Shown piece by piece: positions 10,783 to 20,086 of a DNA stretch of 64,000 nucleotides. The notes beneath the pieces are model-generated. The model saw only the letters and a program-made list of their open reading frames with translations, was not told the DNA's origin and did not search any database. Numbering within the stretch: the stretch's first letter is position 1; every line of letters starts with the position of its first letter. This stretch comes from an uncultured Elusimicrobia bacterium. Lineage in GTDB: Bacteria > Elusimicrobiota > Elusimicrobia > FEN-1173. The stretch is from contig CAZAEL010000003.1 in NCBI GenBank assembly GCA_964484135.1, forward strand, positions 4,306 through 68,305, given 5' to 3'. The translations under genes were made by a program, and so were the position numbers.

Positions 10783-12322
10783 CGCCTTCCCGGGAAAAAT
10801 GCGGCCCGCGTCCCTGGGCCTGGAAGACAGCGACCTGGGCGTGCTGCGCATCCGCCAGTGGCGGGAGGTGGTGGCGGAATTGCACGGCGTGGTGGAGAAG
10901 GCGTTTCATCTCATCCACCGGGCCGTCGGTTTCGACATGGGGGCCTTTTTCCTCCTGGACCCGGACGCCCAGGTGTTCCGGGCCATCAAGGTCATGAGCC
11001 AGGGGGAGCTCCTGGACGGCGAGGAAGAGATGCCCCTGCCGCCCCATTCCCCCCTGCGGCGGCTCCTGGAGGGGCGCAAGGATTTCCTCGTGTTTGGGCC
11101 GCCCGAGAACGCGGTTTTCATCCCTCTGATCGCCTTCGCCAAGGTGCTGGGCGTCCTGCGCCTGGACCGCTGGCGGCAGCGGCGTTCTTTCACCTCCCGG
11201 GAAAAGGACTTTCTGCGGCAGGTGGCCCGGTCCCTGGGGTTGGCCGTCTGGCGCATCCATTTGATGGTTCAGGAGCGGGCCTGGGACAACCAGCTGCGCA
11301 CCTTCAACGAGGTCAGCATGCTCATCCACCAGTCCCTGCGCCTCAAAAAGCTGCTGGAGGACGTGGCCAAGCGGATCGTGAAGAACCTGGGGTTCGACCG
11401 GGTGAAGGTCTATCTGGTGGACCCCAAAAAGAAGACCCTGCGGGGGGAACTGGGGTACACCATCTTCGAGGGGGCCATGGACATCTCGGAGGAGATCCAC
11501 CCCATCCGGCCCGGGGTCAACCCCCTGGTGGACGCGCTCCTGGGGGACGGCCGCCCCTCGGGGGGGGAGGTGTACCGGGAAACCATCCGGTACATCCCGC
11601 TGCGCGCCCGCACCGACGTGACCGGCATCCTGATGGTGGACAACGTGCTCAGCCAGCAGGAAATCTCGGAGGACGAGATCCGGATCCTGGAGATCCTGGC
11701 CGGCCAGCTGGGTCTGGCCATCAAGAACGCGGAGCTGTATGAGGGCGTGGAGGAGCTGTCCATCACGGACGAACTCACCCGGCTCTACCTGCCCCGGCAC
11801 TTCCGGGAGCGGCTGGAGCAGGAATGCCAGCGCGCGGCCCGGGCCAACGGCCGCTTCGCCCTCTGCATGCTGGACGTGGACCTTTTCAAAAGGATCAACG
11901 ACACCTACGGGCACCCCGTCGGGGACCGCGTCCTGCAGGGGCTGGCCCGCCAGCTCCGCGCCGTGTCCCGCAAGATCGACGTGCTCTGCCGCTACGGCGG
12001 GGACGAGTTCATGATCCTGCTCCCGGACACCAGCGCGGAACAGGCCCTGCAGTTCGCCGAGCGCCTCCGGGAATCCATCGAGCGCCTGCCCTTCCCCCTG
12101 CCGCACGAGCAGGCCCTGCACGTGAGCGTGAGCGTGGGCGTGGCCGTGTACCCCGAAAACGGCGCCCTGGCCGAGGACCTGATCCGGACGGCGGACGCGG
12201 CGCTCCTCTGGGGCAAGAGCCGGGGGCGCAACGCGGTCCATCTCTATTCCCCGGAGGCGGAGCGGGCCCGCCTTCCCCGCCCGGCGGCCGACGTCCCGGA
12301 GACCGGCCCACAAAAATCTTGA
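10775..12322 (+). CDS. GAF-domain-containing diguanylate cyclase (GGDEF)
   Basis: N-terminal GAF-like regions. C-terminal GGDEF domain with an intact RYGGDEF motif and upstream RxxD-type context. ATG 10775 overlaps the SBP-like stop (ATGGCTAG). Confidence 0.85.
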   Translation: MASAFPGKMRPASLGLEDSDLGVLRIRQWREVVAELHGVVEKAFHLIHRAVGFDMGAFFLLDPDAQVFRAIKVMSQGELLDGEEEMPLPPHSPLRRLLEGRKDFLVFGPPENAVFIPLIAFAKVLGVLRLDRWRQRRSFTSREKDFLRQVARSLGLAVWRIHLMVQERAWDNQLRTFNEVSMLIHQSLRLKKLLEDVAKRIVKNLGFDRVKVYLVDPKKKTLRGELGYTIFEGAMDISEEIHPIRPGVNPLVDALLGDGRPSGGEVYRETIRYIPLRARTDVTGILMVDNVLSQQEISEDEIRILEILAGQLGLAIKNAELYEGVEELSITDELTRLYLPRHFRERLEQECQRAARANGRFALCMLDVDLFKRINDTYGHPVGDRVLQGLARQLRAVSRKIDVLCRYGGDEFMILLPDTSAEQALQFAERLRESIERLPFPLPHEQALHVSVSVGVAVYPENGALAEDLIRTADAALLWGKSRGRNAVHLYSPEAERARLPRPAADVPETGPQKS

Positions 12323-12346
12323 CAGGCGTCCTTTTTTTGGTATAAT
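12319..12346 (+). promoter_or_regulatory. Consensus sigma70 promoter for rho: TTGACA-N16-TATAAT
   Basis: TTGACA at 12319-12324 and TATAAT at 12341-12346, both exact hexamers. It is followed by a ~175-nt leader before the rho ATG. Confidence 0.55.
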
Positions 12347-12523
12347 AAACCCCGAAGCACCCGCCTTCACCCGTCAGAATCTCTGATCGCCGAGCGGAAT
12401 TTCCAAAAAGTTTTTTGAAACCCGGTCACATTTTTCAAACCCGCGGCATTTTCGCGTTTTTGAGATTTTTCAACTCCCTGGCAGCTTAAAATCCCAAAAC
12501 ACCATCCTCCGGAGGTTTCCCAG
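12347..12523 (+). promoter_or_regulatory. rho 5' leader: C-rich/G-poor stretch followed by four reiterated TTTTT(G/C)A motifs; candidate Rho-dependent autoregulatory attenuator
   Basis: AACCCCGAAGCACCCGCCTTCACCCGTCAGAATCTCTGATCGCC has C>>G (rut-like). TTTTTGAAAC, TTTTTCAAAC, TTTTTGAGAT and TTTTTCAAC are reiterated. GGAGG Shine-Dalgarno before ATG 12524. Confidence 0.4.
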
Positions 12524-13831
12524 ATGGAGCCACAGCAGACAGCCACCCCCACAGCCCCTCAGCGCCAGCTGAACGCGGCCACGCTCAGCAAAGCCACCAT
12601 GGCCGAGCTCATCAAGGTGTCCGAGGAATTGAAAGCCGGTCCCGTCTCCGGCCTGCGCAAGCAGGAGCTCATCGCCAAGATCCTGGAGGCCCAGGCCCGC
12701 AACTCCGGCGTCATCACGGACCAGGGGGTTCTGGAGGTGCTGCAGGACGGCTTCGGGTTCCTCCGCAGCCCGGACTACAACTATCTGCCGGGGCCGGACG
12801 ACATCTACATCTCCCCTTCCCAGATCAAGAAGTTCAGCCTGCGCAAGGGGGACACGGTGTCGGGCCAGGTGCGCCCGCCCAAGGACCAGGAGCGTTTCTT
12901 CGCCCTCCTGCAGGTGCACGCCATCAACGGGGTCAGCGTGGAGAACATCCAGAACCGCCCCCTGTTCGACAACCTGACGCCGCTGTACCCGCAAAAGCGG
13001 ATCGTGCTGGAGACCAAGAAGGACGAGATCAACACCCGCGTCCTGGACCTGGTGGCGCCCATCGGCAAGGGCCAGCGCGGCCTGATCGTGGCCGCGCCCC
13101 GTACGGGCAAGACCATTTTTCTCCAGAAGATCGCCAACGCCATCACCACCAACCACCCCGAGGTTTACCTCATCGTCCTGCTCATCGACGAACGCCCCGA
13201 AGAGGTCACGGACATGCAGCGGAGCGTCAAGGGCGAGGTCATCTCCTCCACCTTCGACGAGCCCGCGGACCGGCACGTGCAGGTGGCCGAGATGGTGATC
13301 GAGAAGGCCAAGCGCCAGGTGGAGCACGGCACGGACGTGGTGATCCTGCTGGACTCCATCACCCGCCTGGCCCGCGCGTACAACACCGTCACCCCGTCCT
13401 CGGGACGGGTGCTCTCCGGCGGTCTGGATTCCAACGCGCTCCAGCGGCCCAAGCGGTTCTTCGGCGCGGCCCGGAACATCGAGGAGGGGGGGAGCCTCAC
13501 CATCATCGCCACCGCCCTGGTCGAAACCGGCAGCCGCATGGACGACGTCATCTTCGAGGAGTTCAAGGGCACGGGCAACAGCGAGGTGTACCTGGACCGG
13601 AAACTGGCCGACCGCCGCATCTTCCCCGCCATCGACATCACCCGGTCCGGCACCCGCAAGGAGGAGCTCCTGCTCTCCGCGGACGAGTTGAACAAGGCCT
13701 GGATCCTGCGCAAGGTCCTGGCGCCCCTCTCGCCCACGGACGCCATGGAACTTCTCATCGAGAAGCTTTCCGCCACCAAATCCAACAAGGACTTCCTCAA
13801 GTCCATGGAGCTTTCCAGCATGGAGAAGTGA
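12524..13831 (+). CDS. rho: Transcription termination factor Rho
   Basis: N-terminal RNA-binding region, Walker [16 protein letters not shown], and the full Rho ATPase core ([13 protein letters not shown] ... [15 protein letters not shown]). Confidence 0.95.
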   Translation: MEPQQTATPTAPQRQLNAATLSKATMAELIKVSEELKAGPVSGLRKQELIAKILEAQARNSGVITDQGVLEVLQDGFGFLRSPDYNYLPGPDDIYISPSQIKKFSLRKGDTVSGQVRPPKDQERFFALLQVHAINGVSVENIQNRPLFDNLTPLYPQKRIVLETKKDEINTRVLDLVAPIGKGQRGLIVAAPRTGKTIFLQKIANAITTNHPEVYLIVLLIDERPEEVTDMQRSVKGEVISSTFDEPADRHVQVAEMVIEKAKRQVEHGTDVVILLDSITRLARAYNTVTPSSGRVLSGGLDSNALQRPKRFFGAARNIEEGGSLTIIATALVETGSRMDDVIFEEFKGTGNSEVYLDRKLADRRIFPAIDITRSGTRKEELLLSADELNKAWILRKVLAPLSPTDAMELLIEKLSATKSNKDFLKSMELSSMEK

Positions 13832-13898
13832 CCGGCCGCCCCGCGGCTGGGCGCTTCTGAGCGGCGTTGGCCGCTGAAGGGTCTTCCGCCCTCCTTTC

Positions 13899-13933
13899 CG
13901 GCGCCTTTTCCAGGCGCCTCCCCGATGTTTTTT
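13899..13933 (+). terminator. Putative intrinsic terminator downstream of rho
   Basis: CCGGCGCC-TTTTCCA-GGCGCC hairpin at 13899-13918, followed 9 nt later by TTTTTT at 13928-13933. Confidence 0.4.
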
Positions 13934-14132
13934 GGTCCTCGGATACGGACGGGTCGTCCGCCGTTCGCGGCGCCCCTGCGGGTCCGGGGCTCGGGCCGAC
14001 CCTCGCCCGGGCTTGCGACAAACCTGGGCGCATTCGCGCCCGTCGCATACGGCTGCCGCTGGCGGCCGCGACCCGATTCGCCGCGACCGCGCCCTCTGGA
14101 AAAACCCGGTTTTCCGACGTAAACTTAAAAAG

Positions 14133-15077
14133 ATGAAGAGATCCCATCATCCCATCGACGCCCTGCTCCTGGGGGTGCTTCTGGCCGTGCTGGGGGTCGT
14201 CCTGTTCCCGGGCGGGAAGGCCTCTTTCGCCCTCCAGGCCGCCCAGCCCTTTCCCAACCCCTACCTGGCGACCGCGCAGGCCGGCCCCCTGGAGCCTTCC
14301 CCGGAGGTGTACCAGCGCCTGGGGAGGATGGGCCGGATCGTGGTGGGCCAGTACGTGACCCGGCCCGGCGACACCCTGGCCTCCGTGGCCAAGACCTTCG
14401 GGACCACGCCCACCTCCCTGCGGAGCACCAACCGCCTTGAGTCCCCGGCCCTGACGCCGGGCAAGACCCTGCTGGTCCATCCCGGCGAAGGGATGATCCA
14501 CCAGGTGCAGGAGGTCAAGGGGGCGGCCGAGGACCTGTCGCGCATCGCGGAGCGGTACAACCAGGCCCCGGAGCGCATCGCCCGCGCCAACCGTCTGCCC
14601 GGCGTGGCGCTCCTCTCCTCCCGGTGGCTTCAGGCCGGCGACCTGCTTTTCATCCCCCGGGCGCGGCTGCGGTTTTCCGAGTATGACTTCCCCGTCTCCT
14701 GGGTCCGCGGCAAGCGGTTCATTTCCTCGGGCTTCGGCGTGCGCCGCCACCCCATCTACCGCCACAGGAGCTTCCACAAGGGGTGGGACATGCCCCGGCC
14801 CTACGGATTCCCCGTGAAAGCGTCCCGGGACGGCCGGGTCGTCTTCGCCGGCTGGCGCACGGGGTACGGCCGCCTCGTCATCCTGAAGCATTCGGGCGGC
14901 GTCCGGACCTGGTACGGCCATTTGTCCAAGGTGACGGTCACGCCGGGGCAGACGGTCAAGAAGGGGCAGGTGGTGGGGAAGGTGGGCAGCACGGGCATCG
15001 CCACCGGCCCCCACCTGCACTTCGAGGTGCGGGACAGGTACGGAAACTCTTTAAATCCGAAGAAATTTTTGTTTTAA
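14133..15077 (+). CDS. M23 family metallopeptidase with LysM domain(s) (murein endopeptidase-like)
   Basis: N-terminal TM/signal segment HPIDALLLGVLLAVLGVVLF. LysM-like GQYVTRPGDTLASVAKTF. M23 motifs HKGWDM ... HLHFEV. Confidence 0.85.
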   Translation: MKRSHHPIDALLLGVLLAVLGVVLFPGGKASFALQAAQPFPNPYLATAQAGPLEPSPEVYQRLGRMGRIVVGQYVTRPGDTLASVAKTFGTTPTSLRSTNRLESPALTPGKTLLVHPGEGMIHQVQEVKGAAEDLSRIAERYNQAPERIARANRLPGVALLSSRWLQAGDLLFIPRARLRFSEYDFPVSWVRGKRFISSGFGVRRHPIYRHRSFHKGWDMPRPYGFPVKASRDGRVVFAGWRTGYGRLVILKHSGGVRTWYGHLSKVTVTPGQTVKKGQVVGKVGSTGIATGPHLHFEVRDRYGNSLNPKKFLF

Positions 15078-15110
15078 TATAGGTTCCGCCAGCCAGTCGT
15101 GAACGAACGG

Positions 15111-15144
15111 CCAAAGCCCTTGCGGGGGGTTTGGTTTTTTTATT
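15111..15144 (+). terminator. Putative intrinsic terminator after the M23 peptidase gene
   Basis: CCAAAGCCC-TTGC-GGGGGGTTTGG imperfect stem followed by TTTTTTTATTT. Confidence 0.4.
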
Positions 15145-15181
15145 TGGCCGGCGCAAAGGTTCCCAAGGAAAGGACGTTATC

Positions 15182-15556
15182 ATGAAAGAAGGCATTCATC
15201 CCCGTTACGCGGAGGCGGTCGTGGAGTGCGCCTGCGGCAACCGCTTCGTCACGCGTTCCACGCTCCCCAAGATCCGTCTGGAGATCTGCTCCAACTGCCA
15301 TCCCTTTTACACGGGCAAGCAGAAATTGATGGACACGGCCGGCCGCGTCGAGCGGTTCGAGAAGCGCTTCGCCAAGACGGGCGGAAAGACCGTGGTGCGC
15401 AAGCCCACCGCCACCAAGGCCGCCCCCAAGGTCTCCAAGTCCACCAAGAAAGTCCTCCGGAACACGCCGCGGGCCATGCCCCCGGCCGACAAGCGGGGTT
15501 CGGCCGAAAAACGGCCGGCCAAGCCCGCCGCCAAACCGGCCACGCCCGCGCGTTAG
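15182..15556 (+). CDS. rpmE: 50S ribosomal protein L31 (Zn-ribbon type) with ~55-aa Lys/Ala/Pro-rich C-terminal extension
   Basis: MKEGIHPRY ... CACGNRF ... [12 protein letters not shown] ... [10 protein letters not shown] core, then a tail [26 protein letters not shown]...[12 protein letters not shown]. Confidence 0.85.
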   Translation: MKEGIHPRYAEAVVECACGNRFVTRSTLPKIRLEICSNCHPFYTGKQKLMDTAGRVERFEKRFAKTGGKTVVRKPTATKAAPKVSKSTKKVLRNTPRAMPPADKRGSAEKRPAKPAAKPATPAR

Positions 15557-15571
15557 GGGTTTTTCTCGATG

Positions 15572-15613
15572 GATCGCGTCTCCGCCCGGAAGGGGGAGGC
15601 GCGATCTTTTTTT
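15572..15613 (+). terminator. Intrinsic terminator after rpmE
   Basis: 12-bp stem GATCGCGTCTCC / GGAGGCGCGATC (one G-U) with a GC loop, followed by TTTTTTT at 15607-15613. Confidence 0.7.
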
Positions 15614-15636
15614 GCCCCGTCCCCGGACGGTTTTAG

Positions 15637-16728
15637 GTGACCCCCATGGACCCGCGCTACGCCCAGGTGGAAGAGGAATACCATGCGCTGCAGAAGCGCC
15701 TGGCCGATCCCGCTTTGTCCCACGGGTCCGAGGCGTACCAGCGGGCGGCCCGCGAATTCAAGCGGCTGGAGCCCATCGTCCAAAAGATTGAAACCCGCCG
15801 CCGGCTGGCCGACGAACTCAAAAACCTTCAATCCTTGAAAGAGAGCCCGGAACGGGAGATGCGCGAGCTGGCCCTGTCCGAGGGAGAGGCCCTCCTGGCG
15901 CGCCTGGCCGAAACGGACCGGGAGCTGGACGAGGCGCTCACCCCCCGGGACCCGGAGGACGGCCGGGACGTGATCATGGAGATCCGCGCCGGCACGGGCG
16001 GGGACGAGGCCGCCCTCTTCGCCGGGGACCTGTTCCGCATGTACGGCCGGTACGCCGCGGAGAAGGGCTTCGCGGTGGAGCTCTATTCCAGCCACCCCAC
16101 GGGCCGGGGGGGATTCAAGGAAGTGGTTTTCGGCGTGAAGGGGCAGGACGTGTTCCGCCACTTCAAGTTCGAGCGGGGGGTGCACCGGGTGCAGAGGATC
16201 CCCGTGACCGAGGCCTCGGGCCGCATCCATACGTCCACCGCCACGGTGGCGGTGCTGCCGGAGATGGACGAGGTGGAGGTGGAGATCAACCCCGCGGACC
16301 TGCGCATCGACACCTACCGCGCCAGCGGCGCCGGGGGCCAGCACGTCAATCGGACGGACTCGGCCGTGCGCATCACCCACCTGCCCACGGGCGTGGTGGT
16401 GGCCTGCCAGGACGAGCGGAGCCAGATCAAGAACCGGGCCAAGGCCATGAGCCTGCTGCGGGCCAGGCTCTACCAGCAACGGTTGGAGCAGGCGGCCACG
16501 GAGCGGCGGGACCTGCGGCGTTCCCAGGTGGGCACGGGCGAGCGCAGTGAAAAGATCCGCACGTACAATTTTCCCCAGGACAGGATCACGGACCACCGCA
16601 TCAACCAGAATTTCCACAGCCTGCCGGCCGTCATGGAAGGCCAGATGGACGCCATCGTGAAGGCCTGTTGGGCGTGGGAGCGGGACCAGAAGGCCGCGGA
16701 AAGCGGCAAGGCGGGGGTTCCCCGATGA
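15637..16728 (+). CDS. prfA: Peptide chain release factor 1
   Basis: PVT tripeptide (QRIPVTE) and GGQHVNRTDSAVRITHLPTG motif. Same rpmE...prfA-prmC neighbourhood as seen in Bacillus. Confidence 0.95.
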   Translation: MTPMDPRYAQVEEEYHALQKRLADPALSHGSEAYQRAAREFKRLEPIVQKIETRRRLADELKNLQSLKESPEREMRELALSEGEALLARLAETDRELDEALTPRDPEDGRDVIMEIRAGTGGDEAALFAGDLFRMYGRYAAEKGFAVELYSSHPTGRGGFKEVVFGVKGQDVFRHFKFERGVHRVQRIPVTEASGRIHTSTATVAVLPEMDEVEVEINPADLRIDTYRASGAGGQHVNRTDSAVRITHLPTGVVVACQDERSQIKNRAKAMSLLRARLYQQRLEQAATERRDLRRSQVGTGERSEKIRTYNFPQDRITDHRINQNFHSLPAVMEGQMDAIVKACWAWERDQKAAESGKAGVPR

Positions 16729-17624
16729 GCGGTCGGCCGACCCTTTCCGCCGAGCAACGAAGCCTGGAAGAGGTCTTGCGGCAGGTCGTCCTGCGGCTTC
16801 GGGAGGCCCGCATCCCCAACGCCGAGGGCGAGGCGAGGGAGCTTTTGGCCGCGGCCCTGGGGTGCGCGCCCTTGTCTTTGTTTCTGAAGGGCCGGGAGCC
16901 TCTGCCGGAAACGGCGACGGAAAGAGTCGGGGCGTTGTTGGAAGAACGCCTGAGGCGGCGGCCCCTGGCCTACGTTCTGGGAGAGTGGAGTTTCCTGGAT
17001 TTGCGTTTGCGCGTGACCGAGGACGTCCTGATCCCCAGGCCGGAGACGGAAGAGCTCCTGGAATGGGCCGCCCAAACGCTGGCGCGGGAGTCCTCCGCGG
17101 GGCGGTCTTTGGGGCTGGCGGACGTGGGCACGGGCGCGGGGGGGCTGGCCCTGGCCCTGGCCCGGCGCTTTCCGGAGGCCTTGTTGTGGGCCACGGATGT
17201 TTCGACCAAGGCCCTGGCCGTGGCCCGGGAAAACGCGGCGCGGCACGGTTTGTCCGGACGGGTGCGATTTCTGGAAGGCGACCTGTTGTCCCCGCTCCTG
17301 TCGCGGGGGCAGGCTTTCCTGGACGGCGTCCTGGCCAACCTGCCGTACGTGGCGTCCGACGACATGCCCCGGCTTGAGCCGGAGGTGCTCTGGGAGCCGC
17401 GGCTGGCCCTGGACGGCGGCGCCGGCGGTCTGGAGATCGTTCGGAGGTTCCTGCCCCAGGCCCTGCGGGCCCTGCGGCCCGGCGGGACGGTTTTCCTGGA
17501 GGCGGGGTTGGGGCAGGCGTCGGTTCTGGCCCGGGACATGGCCGGCGCGGGGTTTCAGGACGTGAGGACGGAGAAAGACATGAACGGCATCCTTCGCTTT
17601 TTGCAGGGGACGAAACCGCGATGA
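16725..17624 (+). CDS. prmC: Release factor glutamine N5-methyltransferase PrmC (HemK)
   Basis: DVGTGAGGLALALA SAM motif and NLPY (NPPY variant). ATGA overlap with the prfA stop. Confidence 0.85.
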   Translation: MSGRPTLSAEQRSLEEVLRQVVLRLREARIPNAEGEARELLAAALGCAPLSLFLKGREPLPETATERVGALLEERLRRRPLAYVLGEWSFLDLRLRVTEDVLIPRPETEELLEWAAQTLARESSAGRSLGLADVGTGAGGLALALARRFPEALLWATDVSTKALAVARENAARHGLSGRVRFLEGDLLSPLLSRGQAFLDGVLANLPYVASDDMPRLEPEVLWEPRLALDGGAGGLEIVRRFLPQALRALRPGGTVFLEAGLGQASVLARDMAGAGFQDVRTEKDMNGILRFLQGTKPR

Positions 17625-18883
17625 TCCGCCTCGACTCCTTTTTGATCCGGGGGGGCTATAAGCTCAAAGGCGCGGTGCGCGTTTCGGGCTCCAAGAACGC
17701 CGCCCTGCCCTGCCTCTTCGCCACGCTCCTGACGGACGAGGAGTGCCTCATCGAGAACGTGCCGGACCTGCAGGACATCCGCACCGCGGTGTCGCTCCTG
17801 GAACAACTGGGCAAGCGCGTGGTGCGGTCCCCGTCCCGCGTGCGGGTCCTGCCCCGCCGGAAGCTGACGCACCTGGCCTCCTACGACCTGGTGCGGCGCA
17901 TGCGCGCCAGCGTGGTGGTCATGGGGCCGCTCCTGGCCCGTCTGGGCCGGGCCCGGGTGTCCCTGCCGGGCGGCTGTTCCATCGGCGCCCGCCCGGTCAA
18001 CTATCACATCCAGGCCCTGGAGCGGCTGGGCGCCTCCCTCCGCGTGGAGGAAGGCTACGTCACGGCCAGCGCGCCGCGCCTGCGCGGGGCCGCCATCCGC
18101 CTGCCCTTCCCCAGCGTGGGCGCCACCGAGAACGTGATGATGGCCGCGGTCCTGTCTCCGGGCCGCACCGTCATCCGCAACGCGGCCCGGGAGCCGGAGA
18201 TCCAAGATTTGGCCGCCTGCCTCCGGTCCATGGGGGCCCGCGTCCGCGGGGAGGGGACCTCCGTCATCCGCATCGAGGGCGTTCCCCGGCTGCACGGGGC
18301 CCGGCACCGGGTCATCCCGGACCGCATCGAGGCCGGCACCTTTTTGGTGGCCGCGGCCATGACCAAGGGGCGGGTGCGCCTCCGGGACGCGGCCCCGGAA
18401 CACCTGACCAGCGTGCTGCAGGCCTTGAAGCGCGCGGGCCTCGGAATTCGGGTGCGGGGCGCGGAGATCGAGGCCGCCTGGACCCGGCCCCTGCGGCCCC
18501 TGTCCGTCCGGACCCGGGTGTACCCCGGTTTTCCCACGGACATGCAGGCCCAGTGGATGGCGCTCATGTGCCTGGCCAAGGGACGCAGCCGCATCACCGA
18601 ATCCATTTTCGAGAACCGTTTCCTGCACGCCCAGGAGCTGACGCGCATGGGCGCGCGCATCGAGATCCGGGGAAACACCGCCCTCATCGAAGGGGGGAAC
18701 CGGCTGTCCGGCTGTCCGCTCATGGTGTCGGATCTGCGGGCCGGCGCGGCCCTGGTTCTGGCCGGGCTGGCGGCCCAGGGCCGGACCACCGTTTTGAGGG
18801 TGTACCACCTGGACCGGGGCTATGAACGCATGGAGCGGAAGCTCCGGGCCCTGGGCGCGCGGATCCGGCGCGTACCCCGGTAG
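17621..18883 (+). CDS. murA: UDP-N-acetylglucosamine 1-carboxyvinyltransferase
   Basis: MIRLDSFLIRGGYKLKGAVRVSGSKNAALP N-terminus with full EPT-fold repeats. ATGA overlap with prmC. Confidence 0.9.
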   Translation: MIRLDSFLIRGGYKLKGAVRVSGSKNAALPCLFATLLTDEECLIENVPDLQDIRTAVSLLEQLGKRVVRSPSRVRVLPRRKLTHLASYDLVRRMRASVVVMGPLLARLGRARVSLPGGCSIGARPVNYHIQALERLGASLRVEEGYVTASAPRLRGAAIRLPFPSVGATENVMMAAVLSPGRTVIRNAAREPEIQDLAACLRSMGARVRGEGTSVIRIEGVPRLHGARHRVIPDRIEAGTFLVAAAMTKGRVRLRDAAPEHLTSVLQALKRAGLGIRVRGAEIEAAWTRPLRPLSVRTRVYPGFPTDMQAQWMALMCLAKGRSRITESIFENRFLHAQELTRMGARIEIRGNTALIEGGNRLSGCPLMVSDLRAGAALVLAGLAAQGRTTVLRVYHLDRGYERMERKLRALGARIRRVPR

Positions 18884-18906
18884 AATTGATATAATTTGGG
18901 GCCAAT

Positions 18907-20076
18907 TTGCGAGACAAAGTCGAAAAAATTCTGGATCAGGTAAAGAGGGGCGGAGACCGGGCCCTGTCCGCGCTTTTGCGGCGGTTCGACGGGGTTTCCC
19001 TGCCGCCCCGGCGGTTCCGCGTGCCCCTGGACCGCGCCCGGCGGGCCCTCCGGGACCTGCCCGCGGACCGGCGCCGGGCCCTGTCCGAGGCGGCCGCCCG
19101 CATCCGGCGGTTCCATGAGGCGGAACGCCGGCGTTTGCCCCTGTCCTGGAAGGAAACCGCCGGCGGCCTCACCGTGGGGCAGCGCTGGACCCCGGTGGAC
19201 TCGGCCGGCGTGTACGTGCCGGGCGGACGGTTCGCGTACCCCTCCACGGTCTTGATGACCGCGATCCCGGCCAAGGCGGCGGGCGTGAGGCGGGTGGTGA
19301 TGACCACCCCGCCCCGGCACCTCACGCAGGAGGTCCTGGCCGCGGCGGCCCTGGCCGGCGTGGACGAGATTTTCCAGCTGGGCGGGGCCGCCGGCGTGGC
19401 GGCCCTGGCCTTCGGCACCCGCACGGTGCGGCCCGTGGACCTGATCGCTGGGCCGGGCGGCGCCTGGGTCACGGAGGCCAAGCGTCAGGCCTTCGGTTAC
19501 GTGGGCATCGACGCCCTGGCCGGGCCCAGCGAGATCGTGCTCCTGGCGGACGCCTCCGCGCCCGCGGCCTGGGCCGCGGCCGACATGATGGCCCAGGCGG
19601 AGCACGACCCCCTGGCCCGGGCCACCCTGATTTCGCCGGACGCCCGCGTTTTGGCCAAGGTCAGGAAGGCGGTCCAGGCCCGGTTCCGCGGCCAGTGCCG
19701 GTTCCTCAAGGCGCGGAGCTGGAAGGAAGCCGTGAAAAAAGCCGATGAACTGGCGCCGGAACACCTGTCCCTGATGGTCAGGCGGCCGGAAAGCCTTTTG
19801 CCCGGCATCCGGCACGCGGGCGCGATTTTCCTGGGCCCCTCGTCGCCCGTGGCCGCGGGGGACTATTGGGCCGGGCCGTCCCACGTCCTGCCCACGGGCC
19901 GGGCCGCCCGGTTTTCCTCCGGGCTTTCGGTCCTGACGTTTTTGAAACGTTCCAGCCTCATCCGGCTGTCCCCGGCGCTGTTGCGCCGCAAGGCCGGGGC
20001 CGTGGCCCGTCTGGCCCGGCTGGAGGGGCTGGAACAACACGCCGCCTCCGTTGAGGCGCGCCTGAACGCCAGATAA
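18907..20076 (+). CDS. hisD: Histidinol dehydrogenase (apparent TTG start)
   Basis: HisD family body (YVPGGRFAYPSTVLMTAIPAKAAGV ... AQAEHDPLA). Codon 18907-18909 is TTG. A TATAAT box lies at 18890-18895. Confidence 0.85.
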   Translation: MRDKVEKILDQVKRGGDRALSALLRRFDGVSLPPRRFRVPLDRARRALRDLPADRRRALSEAAARIRRFHEAERRRLPLSWKETAGGLTVGQRWTPVDSAGVYVPGGRFAYPSTVLMTAIPAKAAGVRRVVMTTPPRHLTQEVLAAAALAGVDEIFQLGGAAGVAALAFGTRTVRPVDLIAGPGGAWVTEAKRQAFGYVGIDALAGPSEIVLLADASAPAAWAAADMMAQAEHDPLARATLISPDARVLAKVRKAVQARFRGQCRFLKARSWKEAVKKADELAPEHLSLMVRRPESLLPGIRHAGAIFLGPSSPVAAGDYWAGPSHVLPTGRAARFSSGLSVLTFLKRSSLIRLSPALLRRKAGAVARLARLEGLEQHAASVEARLNAR

Positions 20077-20086
20077 GGAGTCTCCC

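Noticed and set aside
13832-14132. Small +-strand ORFs (89 aa, 65 aa) in the rho-peptidase intergenic region, and the direct repeat GCCGCGACC x2 at ~14071-14098
   Set aside because: The ORFs are GC-frame artefacts (Ala/Arg/Pro-rich) with no Shine-Dalgarno. The 9-bp direct repeat is too short to interpret.
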